Shown: positions 9,935 to 18,844 of the stretch, piece by piece | Numbering within the stretch: position 1 is the first letter of the stretch | Layout of the letters: each line of letters opens with the position of its first letter | Source: Thermodesulfobacteriota bacterium | GTDB taxonomy: Bacteria; Desulfobacterota; Desulfobulbia; Desulfobulbales; SURF-16 | NCBI GenBank assembly: GCA_040755455.1 | Contig: JBFMAY010000021.1 | Location: 1-64,000, forward strand | DNA: 64,000 bases | Direction: 5' to 3' | Notes under the pieces: model-generated | Databases searched by the model: none | Seen by the model: the letters and a program-made list of their open reading frames with translations, nothing else | What the model was told of the DNA's origin: nothing | Translations under genes and position numbers: made by a program

Positions 9935-10574
9935 TTTCATCCTCGTAACAGACGCGGTAATGGGCAAAAATCTCCCCGGTGGGCTGCGGCCGGCAGGAGA
10001 GAAGGGCAAGAGACAGCAAGGGGCTACCCAGTGCGGCCGGGCCATCGGCCAGGGTTGCGGCATGCTCATCGCCGGAGAGCCTGGGGGTGACGGTCACCAT
10101 CAGCTCATCAACCACCCGCTGCCGCAGGGCCGAGTAATTAAGGGTCGCCCCGCCTTCAATGAGCACGGAGCGGGCGCCCCGGCTTTGCAGTTCGGCTATT
10201 GCCGCGGCCAAGGATAACCCGCCTGGTCCCGCGGGCAGGGGGAGAACCTCGGCCTTGCCCGCCAGCCGCAGGGCAAGGTCCGCCTGCCGCTCCTGCCCTG
10301 TAAAGATAAGCGGCGCCGGGCCCCGGACAAAGACCTTTTTCCCCTGCCCCGGAATATTGCCGGACAAGGTGATGAAGGCCCGCAGGCGCGGCGGCCGATT
10401 TTCGTCCGCACCCCGCATCTCCGGATCGGCATGCCGCAGGGTAGCGCTGCCCATCAGGCTTGCATCCGTTGCATCCCGCATCTGCTCAAGAAAGCGACGA
10501 TCCAGTTCACTGCCCAGCGGAGCAGGACTGATGCGGCCGCACACAGTGGTTGCGGCAATCATGATGACCTTCAT
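9927..10574 (-). CDS. RibD C-terminal-like / dihydrofolate-reductase-family reductase
   Basis: MRDATDASLMGSATLRHADP, VLIEGGATLN and VDELMVTVTP. Confidence 0.85.
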   Translation of the reverse strand: MKVIMIAATTVCGRISPAPLGSELDRRFLEQMRDATDASLMGSATLRHADPEMRGADENRPPRLRAFITLSGNIPGQGKKVFVRGPAPLIFTGQERQADLALRLAGKAEVLPLPAGPGGLSLAAAIAELQSRGARSVLIEGGATLNYSALRQRVVDELMVTVTPRLSGDEHAATLADGPAALGSPLLSLALLSCRPQPTGEIFAHYRVCYEDENA

Positions 10575-10706
10575 GGCCCTCTCATTTCCGGAATCATTCT
10601 CCCATCAAACCACAGGCAGGTCAGGTTGTTAAAAATTATCTTTATGATATTGTTCTTTTTCAGTATATAACCATGATAAAAAAGCGCAACGCTAAAGAGG
10701 AGTTTC

Positions 10707-11672
10707 ATGCACATCTCACGCATCAACATCAACCATATCGATTTTTCAGACGACAGCTACTCGCTTGTGCCGCCTTTCATGACCAGCCAAGTCCCTGTTT
10801 CTCTGGCCGAATCCATCCGGCGTTGCGGCATTCTCCACCCGCCGGTTGTCAAAGAAAAATCAGCATCCTCGTTTGCCATCGTCGCAGGCCGGAAAAGATT
10901 GCTTGCCGCCATAGAGGTTACGGCCGCCGCCTCCTGCGACTGTCACAAGCTGACGGAAACAACCGATGACATTGACGTGCTGGCCATATGTCTGGAAGCC
11001 GCCCTGCTTTCCCGGCCCCTGACCCCGGTTGAACGGGCGGTTTTTTGCAAAAAGGCCCTGGTTCTGATCGACGAAAATGAGCTGGCCGCCCGCTTCCTGC
11101 CGATGATGGGCCTTACCCAGTCTGTTTATCATATACACCGGGATCTCAAACTGCTCGAACTTGAGGAACCGCTGGTCATCGCCCTGCACGAGGGGGTACT
11201 TGACGACAGGGTGGCCTATGAGCTGACAAAATTTTCTTTCAGCGACCGGGTGGCCCTGTTTGAGGTGATCAATACCCTGCAGCTCTCCGTCGGCAACCAG
11301 AAAAAGCTGGCAATCACCTGCCGGGAACTGGCGGCACGCAACAATATCACCATCTCCGCCCTGCTGCACAACCCCGAGGTGGACGCTATTATCAATCACG
11401 GGGAGGCAAACACCCCGCAGAAAACCGCCAACATGATGAAATGGCTCACCGGTGCGCGATTCCCGCGCCTGAGCCAGGCGGAAAAGGAATTTCAACATTT
11501 TATCGCAGGACTTGGCCTGCCCGACCAGGCCCGGCTTGAACATAGCCCGTCCTTTGAAAAAGACGAACTTCTCTTCACCCTGTCCTGCGCCAACCAGAAG
11601 GATTTTCTGGCAATCTGGGAAAAAATCAGGGATTTTTTCCCCCCGGCACAACAAAGGAAAACCACGTCATGA
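10707..11672 (+). CDS. ParB N-terminal-domain protein
   Basis: LAESIRRCGILHPPVV and the IVAGRKR GxxR motif. Confidence 0.75.
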   Translation: MHISRININHIDFSDDSYSLVPPFMTSQVPVSLAESIRRCGILHPPVVKEKSASSFAIVAGRKRLLAAIEVTAAASCDCHKLTETTDDIDVLAICLEAALLSRPLTPVERAVFCKKALVLIDENELAARFLPMMGLTQSVYHIHRDLKLLELEEPLVIALHEGVLDDRVAYELTKFSFSDRVALFEVINTLQLSVGNQKKLAITCRELAARNNITISALLHNPEVDAIINHGEANTPQKTANMMKWLTGARFPRLSQAEKEFQHFIAGLGLPDQARLEHSPSFEKDELLFTLSCANQKDFLAIWEKIRDFFPPAQQRKTTS

Positions 11673-12448
11673 ATCTCTTGCTGAGCAGGCTCACCGCCCT
11701 AATTGCCGTCGCCCTTTTTCTCCTCGCCCCAAACCCGGCCCTGGCCGGACCGGTGGTGCTTTTTGACCAGTCCCACGGACAGCAGTTCCTGGTGGAGGCA
11801 AACCGCCCCCTGGACCTGTCCGGCCTGGCCGGGGTCTTTGCCGAGCAGGGCGCCGAAATCAGAACATCGACAATGCCCATCAGTGACAGCGTCTTAAAGG
11901 GAGTTGACGTGCTCATTATCTCCGGTCCTTTTGCCCCCATTACCCCGCCTGAGGTGTTGGCGGTCATGAAATTCGTCTACCACGGCGGCAAGCTGGCGGT
12001 CCTGGCCCACATCTCCCAGCCGCTGATGGGGCTGCTGCCTCAGATGGGCATCGCCATGTCCAGTCTTGCCGTTTCCGAACAGGAAAATATTCTCAATACC
12101 AATGCCAAGGAATTCATGGTCAAAGACCTCACGCCCCATCCGCTGACCGTGGGGCTGAAGAGCTTCAATATCTATGGCGGTTGGGCCCTGCTCGAAAAGA
12201 AGAAGGACATCATCGTCATTGCCCGCACCACCCATAAGGCATGGGTCGACCTGAACCAGAACGGCCAACTCAATGATAATGACGCGGTGCAGGCCTTTGC
12301 CATGGTGCTTGCCGGCAGGAACGGCTCCGGCTCTTTCGTCGTCTTTGGCGATGACGCCATTTTTCAGAACCAGTTTCTCAAGGACGGCAACCTGACCCTG
12401 GCCAGAAACCTGGCAATATGGTTCTGCGCCAAGGAAAAATCAATTTAA
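11669..12448 (+). CDS. exported class-I glutamine-amidotransferase-like fold protein (DUF4350-like)
   Basis: Signal peptide, VLFDQSHGQ, DVLIISGP and GSFVVFGD. Overlaps the upstream stop (ATGA). Confidence 0.6.
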   Translation: MNLLLSRLTALIAVALFLLAPNPALAGPVVLFDQSHGQQFLVEANRPLDLSGLAGVFAEQGAEIRTSTMPISDSVLKGVDVLIISGPFAPITPPEVLAVMKFVYHGGKLAVLAHISQPLMGLLPQMGIAMSSLAVSEQENILNTNAKEFMVKDLTPHPLTVGLKSFNIYGGWALLEKKKDIIVIARTTHKAWVDLNQNGQLNDNDAVQAFAMVLAGRNGSGSFVVFGDDAIFQNQFLKDGNLTLARNLAIWFCAKEKSI

Positions 12449-12536
12449 CACGCCCACCATAACCCCCCTTGACAGACCGCCGCTCTAAGCGGCTTGCATA
12501 TCATGCCCCCTGCCCCTCCGGTCGCGACACCATTTC

Positions 12537-12555
12537 GCCCGGCGGGGCTTTTTTT
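12537..12555 (+). terminator. intrinsic terminator
   Basis: GCCC-GGCG-GGGC followed by T7, downstream of the parB-like operon. Confidence 0.55.
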
Positions 12556-12740
12556 CTCCGCGGATCGGGATGACCCCTGGGTGTTTTTACCAGATATTGC
12601 TGCCAGAAACTGACCGGCACAAAACCGGTTTCCGGGGCATTTCACCACGCATGCGCCAATTACCCAACTTGCCAATTGTGCCGTCCCAAGCCCTTTTGGT
12701 TAACAAGCTAAAACTAATAGAAAAAATCATACCCACAACG

Positions 12741-12756
12741 TGGCACCACAATTGCA
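12741..12756 (+). promoter_or_regulatory. sigma-54 (-24/-12) promoter
   Basis: TGGCAC-CACAA-TTGCA matches the TGGCAC-N5-TTGC consensus, ~55 nt upstream of the ATG at 12810. Confidence 0.7.
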
Positions 12757-12809
12757 CAATATCTACGCAGATGAAAAAGAACAACTGACAACCGCAAAGA
12801 GGCCATATC

Positions 12810-13160
12810 ATGAACGTATTGCATCCGGAGTTGTTATGTGGGAATGACGACAGGCAATTCAGGATAAAAGACCGCACCCTGGCCATCCTGGACCTGGCCA
12901 TCCCGTTTCATATCATTCAGATCAGCCCAAACGGCTTTGTTTTCCGTTACGTCGGCAACGAGCAGTGGTTCAACAACCCTGACCAACTCGATATCGTCTA
13001 TGAAGGGTTCAGCCTGCGAAACCTCCCAGTACAAACTTTGGCCGATTACCGCATCCCGACCGATATGGTCCGGACAAGACACCACTGTGTCAAATTCAAC
13101 GCTCTTTCCCCTGCCCAGACGCAACAACTTGACCAACTCATTGCTCTCTGCGCCCGATAA
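12810..13160 (+). CDS. stand-alone PilZ-like protein
   Basis: 116 aa, with IIQISPNG resembling (D/N)xSxxG and a C-terminal 'VKFNALSPAQTQQLDQLI'. The RxxxR motif is degenerate (DRQFR). Confidence 0.55.
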   Translation: MNVLHPELLCGNDDRQFRIKDRTLAILDLAIPFHIIQISPNGFVFRYVGNEQWFNNPDQLDIVYEGFSLRNLPVQTLADYRIPTDMVRTRHHCVKFNALSPAQTQQLDQLIALCAR

Positions 13161-13302
13161 TGTTAGGGCGATTCGCGAACCGCCCATGCAAGGACGCCAT
13201 ACTTCTTCCAGGAGATATAATTATCAAATTTTTATTCTATTAATGATAATAAGGAATTAATTGCGATTTGCCGCAAACCCGGCATCAAGCAGAGAAACTT
13301 CC

Positions 13303-13465
13303 ATGTCTATTGAGCAAAAAGTGAAAGCCATGGAACACGGCAGTACAGGAATCACAACTGGGGAAACTCTGACCAACGTTAATTTACGGCAGGTGGTCCG
13401 GGCGCTGTCGGATATGCCTGGACCTGGCCGGCCTAGATGATTTTACACGACCGGAGGAGCGCCTC
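13303..13465 (+). pseudogene. possible frameshifted N-terminal remnant of an HD-GYP-type protein
   Basis: Across frameshifts it reads VNLRQVVRALSD / LDLAGLDD / LHDRRSA, resembling the N-terminus of dual-HD phosphohydrolases. Confidence 0.35.
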
Positions 13466-13545
13466 ATGTCACTGGCATGCAAGCGCCCGCTTCCTCCAGA
13501 CGACGTTGGAATCCTGCTGTCCCCAGCAACCATGACAAGTGGCCT

Positions 13546-13886
13546 ATGCGACGACTACTCAAACATCTTTTTGAGAAAAAATAAAAAATGGGCGGCAACG
13601 ACGACGGAGTCAGACCCCGACTTCTTCGCCAGACTGTCAAAACAACAGAGCCCTCAGTATTTATGGATCGGCTGCGCCGACAGCCGCGTGCCGGCCAATC
13701 AGATTGAATGTCGTTGAACAGGTGGCCAATGTCTGCCACACCACCATTGTCCAGAATGCATGGAAAGCCGGGCGGAAACTGGCGGTTCATGGCTGGATCT
13801 ACGGCCTGGAGAACGGGATCATAAAAGATCTGCATGTCAGCATCTCCAGCCTGGACGAGATATCCGGGATTCACCGCATGAAATAA
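13546..13886 (+). pseudogene. can: beta-carbonic anhydrase pseudogene (frameshift plus internal deletion)
   Basis: N-part WIGCADSRVPANQI is joined out of frame to C-part LNVVEQVANV...VHGWIY. The central HRNxAN and GHxxCGG region is missing, and there is an extra A in the A6 run at 13576-13581. Confidence 0.85.
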
Positions 13887-13913
13887 TCATGCGGCACATT
13901 GCCCGTACCGGCC

Positions 13914-16061
13914 TCACGCCACCTCGGTGGTAAAATGGGCCGCTTTGCTGTAAAATTTCTCAACATATTCCCGCGCCATCCGTCTGGCTGAAAACTGGGC
14001 CGCCGTGCTTTTGATGGCATTTTTCATCACCTGCACCCAGCCGAGGGGGACGCCATCCTCGTTCACCTGATAGTAAAGGGGGATGATTTTCTCCTCCAGC
14101 ACCTGATAGAGTGACTCCGCATCGATCTTGTCACGATAGCCTTCAATGTGTTCGCCGTCAAACGACCAGCCGTTCTTACCGTTAAAGGCCTCCAGCCACC
14201 ATCCGTCAGGGATGCTGCAATGCGGCACCCCGTTGAGGGAGGCCTTCATGCCGCTGGTGCCGCAGGCCTCCATCGGGGAAAGAGGGCTGTTCAGCCACAC
14301 ATCCACCCCGTGCACAAGATACTGGGCGATCTGTTCCCCATAATCCTCCACAAAGGCGATTCTGCCGTTAAAGTCGGGATTACGGGCCGCATTAAAGATT
14401 TTCTGCAGCATGAGCTTGCCGGGATCATCCGCCGGATGGGCCTTGCCGGCAAAAATAATCTGTATCGGCTGATTCTGACTGCCGAGCAGGTTTCGCAGCC
14501 GCTCTTCATCCTGCAGAATAAGATCGGCGCGTTTGTATGTGGCAAATCTTCTGGCAAAGCCGATGGTCAGCACCGACGGGTCAAGCAGAGTGCCGCAGGC
14601 CAGGGCCATTGACGGATGAGACCGGTCATTGGTCCACCGCTGTCTGGCTCTTTCCCGGATAACGTTAAAAAGCTTTATCTTCAGCCAGATGTGGGTTTTC
14701 CACAGCTCATCATCGGGAATTTCATCTATTAATTCCCACAGATACGGGTTGTCATGATCTTCCAGCCAGTTCGGGCCCAGATATTTGTTGAAAAGCAGCT
14801 CAAACTTCGGCTCAATCCAGGTGGGAACATGCACGCCGTTGGTTACAAAATCAATGGCATCACCCCCGGTATTCTGCCCCGTCCACAGCGCCTGCCACAT
14901 CCTATTGGCCACCTCCCCATGTTTCCGGCTGACCCCGTTGCGGTAGCCGGACAGCCGCAGGGCAAAAGCCGTCATATTAAAACCCGTATTCGGCTCATCG
15001 GGATGAATCCCCAGATTGAGAAAGGTGTCGCGATCCATCTGCAGAGAGGGCCAGAAATTGCGAAAGTATTTGTCCATCAACGGAAAGGGGAAAACGTCAT
15101 GGCCGGCAGGCACCGGGGTATGGGTGGTGAAGACCGTGGTCTGCCGCACATTCATAAAGGCTTCCTCCATGGAAAAACCGCTTTGCAGGCGGTCCCGCAG
15201 TCTCTCAAACAGGGCAAAAGCGGCATGCCCCTCATTGAGATGGACAATGGAGTGTTTGACATGCAGGGCCTCCAGCACCTCCATGCCTCCGATGCCCAGG
15301 ACAATCTCCTGCCGCAGCCGCTGTTCCATGTCGCCGATATAGAGCCTGGCGGAAATCCCCCGGTTCCATGGGTCATTTTCTTCAATGTCCGTATCCAGCA
15401 GATAGAGAGGCACCCGGCCGACATCAACCCTCCATACCGCCACATAAATCGGCGGTTCAATCACCGGCACCTTGACGACAAGATGGTTGCCGTTGCCGTC
15501 GTACACCTTTGAAATAGCGGCCTGATTGCGGTCGAGCCTGGTGCTGACATTTTCCTGCCAGCCCGAGTCACTGATCCGCTGATTGACATAGCCTTCAGGA
15601 TACATGAAGCCCACGGCGATGAGCGGCACATTCAGATCGCTGCATTCCTTGATGAAATCACCGGCAAGAAAACCCAGGCCCCCGGCATAGAAGGGCAGCG
15701 ACCGGTGCAGACCGTATTCGGCGCTGAAATAGGCGATGGTCACCCGGGAAGGGCTGCCGGTGTCGGGAAAAAGTGCACATACCCGGTTGGCCATATATTT
15801 ACGATAGCGGGACATGACCAGATCATAATAGCGCACAAAATCCGGCTTGCTCGCCGCTGCCTCAAGTAATTCCCTGGAAATGTCCCGCAGCATTTTGTCA
15901 GGATTGTGAATACTGGCCTTCCACGCCTGCCGGTTGATCATCTTAAACAGCATGCGGGCGGCAGGGTGCCAGCTCCACCAGAGATTCTCGGCCAGGTCGG
16001 CAAGCCCGGTCAGACGATCAGGAAGGTTGGGAAATTCGACTGACACATCATGATTATTCAT
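13914..16061 (-). CDS. glgP: alpha-glucan family phosphorylase (second, distinct subfamily)
   Basis: NLWWSW, YFSAEYG...GGLG, HLNEGH, GFARRFATYKRA and EACGTSGMKA. Confidence 0.95.
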   Translation of the reverse strand: MNNHDVSVEFPNLPDRLTGLADLAENLWWSWHPAARMLFKMINRQAWKASIHNPDKMLRDISRELLEAAASKPDFVRYYDLVMSRYRKYMANRVCALFPDTGSPSRVTIAYFSAEYGLHRSLPFYAGGLGFLAGDFIKECSDLNVPLIAVGFMYPEGYVNQRISDSGWQENVSTRLDRNQAAISKVYDGNGNHLVVKVPVIEPPIYVAVWRVDVGRVPLYLLDTDIEENDPWNRGISARLYIGDMEQRLRQEIVLGIGGMEVLEALHVKHSIVHLNEGHAAFALFERLRDRLQSGFSMEEAFMNVRQTTVFTTHTPVPAGHDVFPFPLMDKYFRNFWPSLQMDRDTFLNLGIHPDEPNTGFNMTAFALRLSGYRNGVSRKHGEVANRMWQALWTGQNTGGDAIDFVTNGVHVPTWIEPKFELLFNKYLGPNWLEDHDNPYLWELIDEIPDDELWKTHIWLKIKLFNVIRERARQRWTNDRSHPSMALACGTLLDPSVLTIGFARRFATYKRADLILQDEERLRNLLGSQNQPIQIIFAGKAHPADDPGKLMLQKIFNAARNPDFNGRIAFVEDYGEQIAQYLVHGVDVWLNSPLSPMEACGTSGMKASLNGVPHCSIPDGWWLEAFNGKNGWSFDGEHIEGYRDKIDAESLYQVLEEKIIPLYYQVNEDGVPLGWVQVMKNAIKSTAAQFSARRMAREYVEKFYSKAAHFTTEVA

Positions 16062-16074
16062 GGGGAAAAATCCT

Positions 16075-16743
16075 CTACTCCTCAAAAATTTCAGGCGAAT
16101 GTCTGACTATTTCCGCGCTGATCATGTAAATGACATCCTCGGCAATATTGGTGGCCAGATCGGCAATTCTCTCAAGATAGCGGCCCACCGACATGGCATG
16201 CAGCAGAACATTGATATGCCGGGGCTGCTGCAGAATTATTTCCTTTACCTTGCCATACATATCCCGGTACATGCCATCCATCCTGTCGTCCATGGCGCGG
16301 ATCTTTCTTGCGTGCACGACATCCATGGACACCAGTGCATCGATGCTGCCGGTGAGCATCTCTTCGGCCAGATAGACCATCTTTTCCAGTTCAAAGGGAA
16401 TGTCGATTTTTTCCTGGATGGCCAGAAAGGCGCCGCGCTCGGCGATATTTACCGCCAGATCGCCGATTCTTTCCAGATCATTATTGATCTTCAGCATGGC
16501 GACAATAATCCGCAGATCAATCGAAACCGGTTGATGCAGGGCAAGAAGCTTGAGGCATTCCTCCTCAAAATCAACCTCCATCTGGTCTATTTCCCCATCG
16601 CCGTTTTTCACCGCCTCGGCCTTGTAAGCGTCACGGCCGATCACCGACAGGGTGGCCAGAAAAACCCTGTCCTCGATGATGCCCGCCATGTCGATGATTC
16701 TTGCCTTCAGGTTTTCAATGCCATTGCGCAGATGACGGGACAT
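16075..16743 (-). CDS. phoU: phosphate signalling protein PhoU
   Basis: Two PhoU repeats: QPVSIDLR...DLERIGDLAVNIA and YLERIADLATNIAE. Confidence 0.95.
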   Translation of the reverse strand: MSRHLRNGIENLKARIIDMAGIIEDRVFLATLSVIGRDAYKAEAVKNGDGEIDQMEVDFEEECLKLLALHQPVSIDLRIIVAMLKINNDLERIGDLAVNIAERGAFLAIQEKIDIPFELEKMVYLAEEMLTGSIDALVSMDVVHARKIRAMDDRMDGMYRDMYGKVKEIILQQPRHINVLLHAMSVGRYLERIADLATNIAEDVIYMISAEIVRHSPEIFEE

Positions 16744-16830
16744 AATTCCTCCACAAAAATCGGCCTTATCCGGCGGTAAACCATGGACAAATTCCCGCCC
16801 GCTCCCCCATTAACCATGCCGCTGGGATCG

Positions 16831-17145
16831 TCACATGCGGCGCCTGAGCTCCTCCAGTTCCTCCAGCAACTCGATAATCAGGGCCGCCCCCGGCAGATTG
16901 ACCCGGAGATCCTGCTGCAGCCGCAGGGCCACATGCACGCGCCGGACCTCATAGCATCTGAAACGCCATTCCGCCGGCCCACTGCCATGCGGCTCCAGCA
17001 GTCCTTCCTCGATCATGTCGAGAATCGTTTCCGTGCTGATATCGCAAATTTCACACAACTCTTCGAGGGAAAGCCTGACCTGATCATCAAGGACCATGCC
17101 GGTCAGCGGCTGGAATAAAAACTTTTCGTCTCTTACTCTTGCCAT
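16831..17145 (-). CDS. cbpM: chaperone modulator CbpM (MerR-like)
   Basis: EEGLLEP...WRF...RLQQDLRVNLPGAAL; directly downstream of cbpA. Confidence 0.88.
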   Translation of the reverse strand: MARVRDEKFLFQPLTGMVLDDQVRLSLEELCEICDISTETILDMIEEGLLEPHGSGPAEWRFRCYEVRRVHVALRLQQDLRVNLPGAALIIELLEELEELRRRM

Positions 17146-17148
17146 ATT

Positions 17149-18099
17149 TCAGACTCCCAGGTCACTGCGTGGATTCATCGGCATGACGGCCGCCATTTTT
17201 CCATAGATCTCCTTTGCCTCCTCCGTATCAGCCCTGGGCACCACCACCTTGAGAACCACGAACTGGTCACCGGCGGTTTTGCCGGGCAGCCCCTTATTTT
17301 TCAGACGCAGCTTCTGCCCGGACTGGGAACCGGGGGGAATTCTCATCTCAACCCTGCCGCCCAGGGTGGGGACCGTGACGGCTGCGCCAAGGGCCGCCTC
17401 CCATGGCGTTACCGGCAATTCCAGATAAACGTCTTTCTTTTCCGCGCGAAACAGCCGGTGCGGGTGGAAGGCGACTTCGATATAGAGATCCCCCCGCGGA
17501 CCGCCGCCGAAGCCATGGCCTCCCTGCTCTGCCAGACGGATGGACTGGCCGGCCATGATCCCCTTGGGAATGCGCACGTTCAGCGTATGGGGCCGGATCA
17601 CCAGCCGGCCCGTGTCATCCACTTCGGTAAGCTGCAAGGCAATGGTCTGCACCGCCCCGTTAAAGGAATCCTCCAGGTTGATCATGATCCTGGCATGCTG
17701 GTCCTCGCCCTTGGCCCGCATGCCGCCGCGGCGCACATGGAAGCTCCTGCCCATGCCAGACCGGCCAAACAGCTCCTCAAAAAAATCGCTGTAGTGGCCG
17801 GCGGAGGCATCGGTAAAATCGCCGCCGCCGAAGGCAGAACCGGCATCCCAGCCGGGTGGCGGCCGGAACTCCTGCCCCTCCTGCCAACCGGTGCCGATGC
17901 GGTCGTAGGCCGCTCTTTTCTCCGGGTCCTTCAATACCTCATAGGCCTCGCCGATTTCCTTGAAACGTTTTTCCGCATCCGCCGCCTTGCTGACATCAGG
18001 GTGGAATTTGCGGGCAAGTTTCCGGTAGGCTCTTTTGATTTCATCCTGGCCGGCCTCCCTTGCCACGCCAAGGGCCTTATAATAATCCTTGTATTCCAT
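17149..18099 (-). CDS. cbpA: DnaJ-class chaperone CbpA
   Basis: MEYKDYY, J-domain HPD, no zinc finger, DnaJ C-terminal domain. Confidence 0.92.
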   Translation of the reverse strand: MEYKDYYKALGVAREAGQDEIKRAYRKLARKFHPDVSKAADAEKRFKEIGEAYEVLKDPEKRAAYDRIGTGWQEGQEFRPPPGWDAGSAFGGGDFTDASAGHYSDFFEELFGRSGMGRSFHVRRGGMRAKGEDQHARIMINLEDSFNGAVQTIALQLTEVDDTGRLVIRPHTLNVRIPKGIMAGQSIRLAEQGGHGFGGGPRGDLYIEVAFHPHRLFRAEKKDVYLELPVTPWEAALGAAVTVPTLGGRVEMRIPPGSQSGQKLRLKNKGLPGKTAGDQFVVLKVVVPRADTEEAKEIYGKMAAVMPMNPRSDLGV

Positions 18100-18115
18100 C
18101 CAATCCTCGCATGCG

Positions 18116-18844
18116 TTATCCGGCAAAAGACGGGTCAGCTCCGCCTGTTTTCACAAAAACCTCGCCGAGCATGATGCGGGCATCGGCGATGATGCAATCC
18201 TTACCGGAACAGAGCAGGGGATTGAGATCAATTGACTCGATATAGGGGGCCATGTCCTGCGCCAGCCCGGCGAAAGCAACCAGCACCCGGACCAGCTTCT
18301 CTTTGCTGATCGCCTCCTTGCCCCGGTAGCCGGACAGCAGCTGCCCGCCCTTCAGCTCCTGCAGCATGGAGTAAACATCCTCGGAGGTCAGCGGCGGCAT
18401 CCTGATGGACACATCACCATAGATCTCCACACTGGTGCCACCGATGCCGAGCAGCATAACCGGACCGAACTGGTAGTCGATCTTGGCCCCCACGATGAGC
18501 TCCGTACCGGCAACCATCTCTTCCAGCAGCAGCCCGGCAAAACCGGCAAGCCCGCTGACCTTTTCATAAAATTCCCGCAGTTGCCGGTTGTCGGCAATGC
18601 CCACCGCCACCCCGCCCACCTCCGACTTGTGGACCACGGCCGGAGAAACGACCTTGGCCACCAGGGGATAGCCGATCCCCGCCGCACACTGCAGACTTTC
18701 TTGCTGATCCCCGGCCCAGGCAAAGCGGGGCACCGGCAGGCCGGCTGCGGCAAAGAGGCGCTTGGCCTCAGGCTCCATCAGCCAGCCGTTCTTCCGGCCA
18801 GCCTGCAGCATGGCAATCATCTCATTAGTTAACACAACCGGCAT
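18116..18844 (-). CDS. acyl-CoA synthetase (NDP-forming), ATP-grasp subunit
   Basis: GYPLVAKVVSP...HKSEVGGV, FGPVMLLGIGG and DLNPL. Confidence 0.88.
   Translation of the reverse strand: MPVVLTNEMIAMLQAGRKNGWLMEPEAKRLFAAAGLPVPRFAWAGDQQESLQCAAGIGYPLVAKVVSPAVVHKSEVGGVAVGIADNRQLREFYEKVSGLAGFAGLLLEEMVAGTELIVGAKIDYQFGPVMLLGIGGTSVEIYGDVSIRMPPLTSEDVYSMLQELKGGQLLSGYRGKEAISKEKLVRVLVAFAGLAQDMAPYIESIDLNPLLCSGKDCIIADARIMLGEVFVKTGGADPSFAG

Noticed and set aside
13546..13886. Programmed frameshifting or recoding that would rescue the carbonic anhydrase
   Set aside because: Essential zinc-ligand residues are physically absent, so recoding could not restore function.
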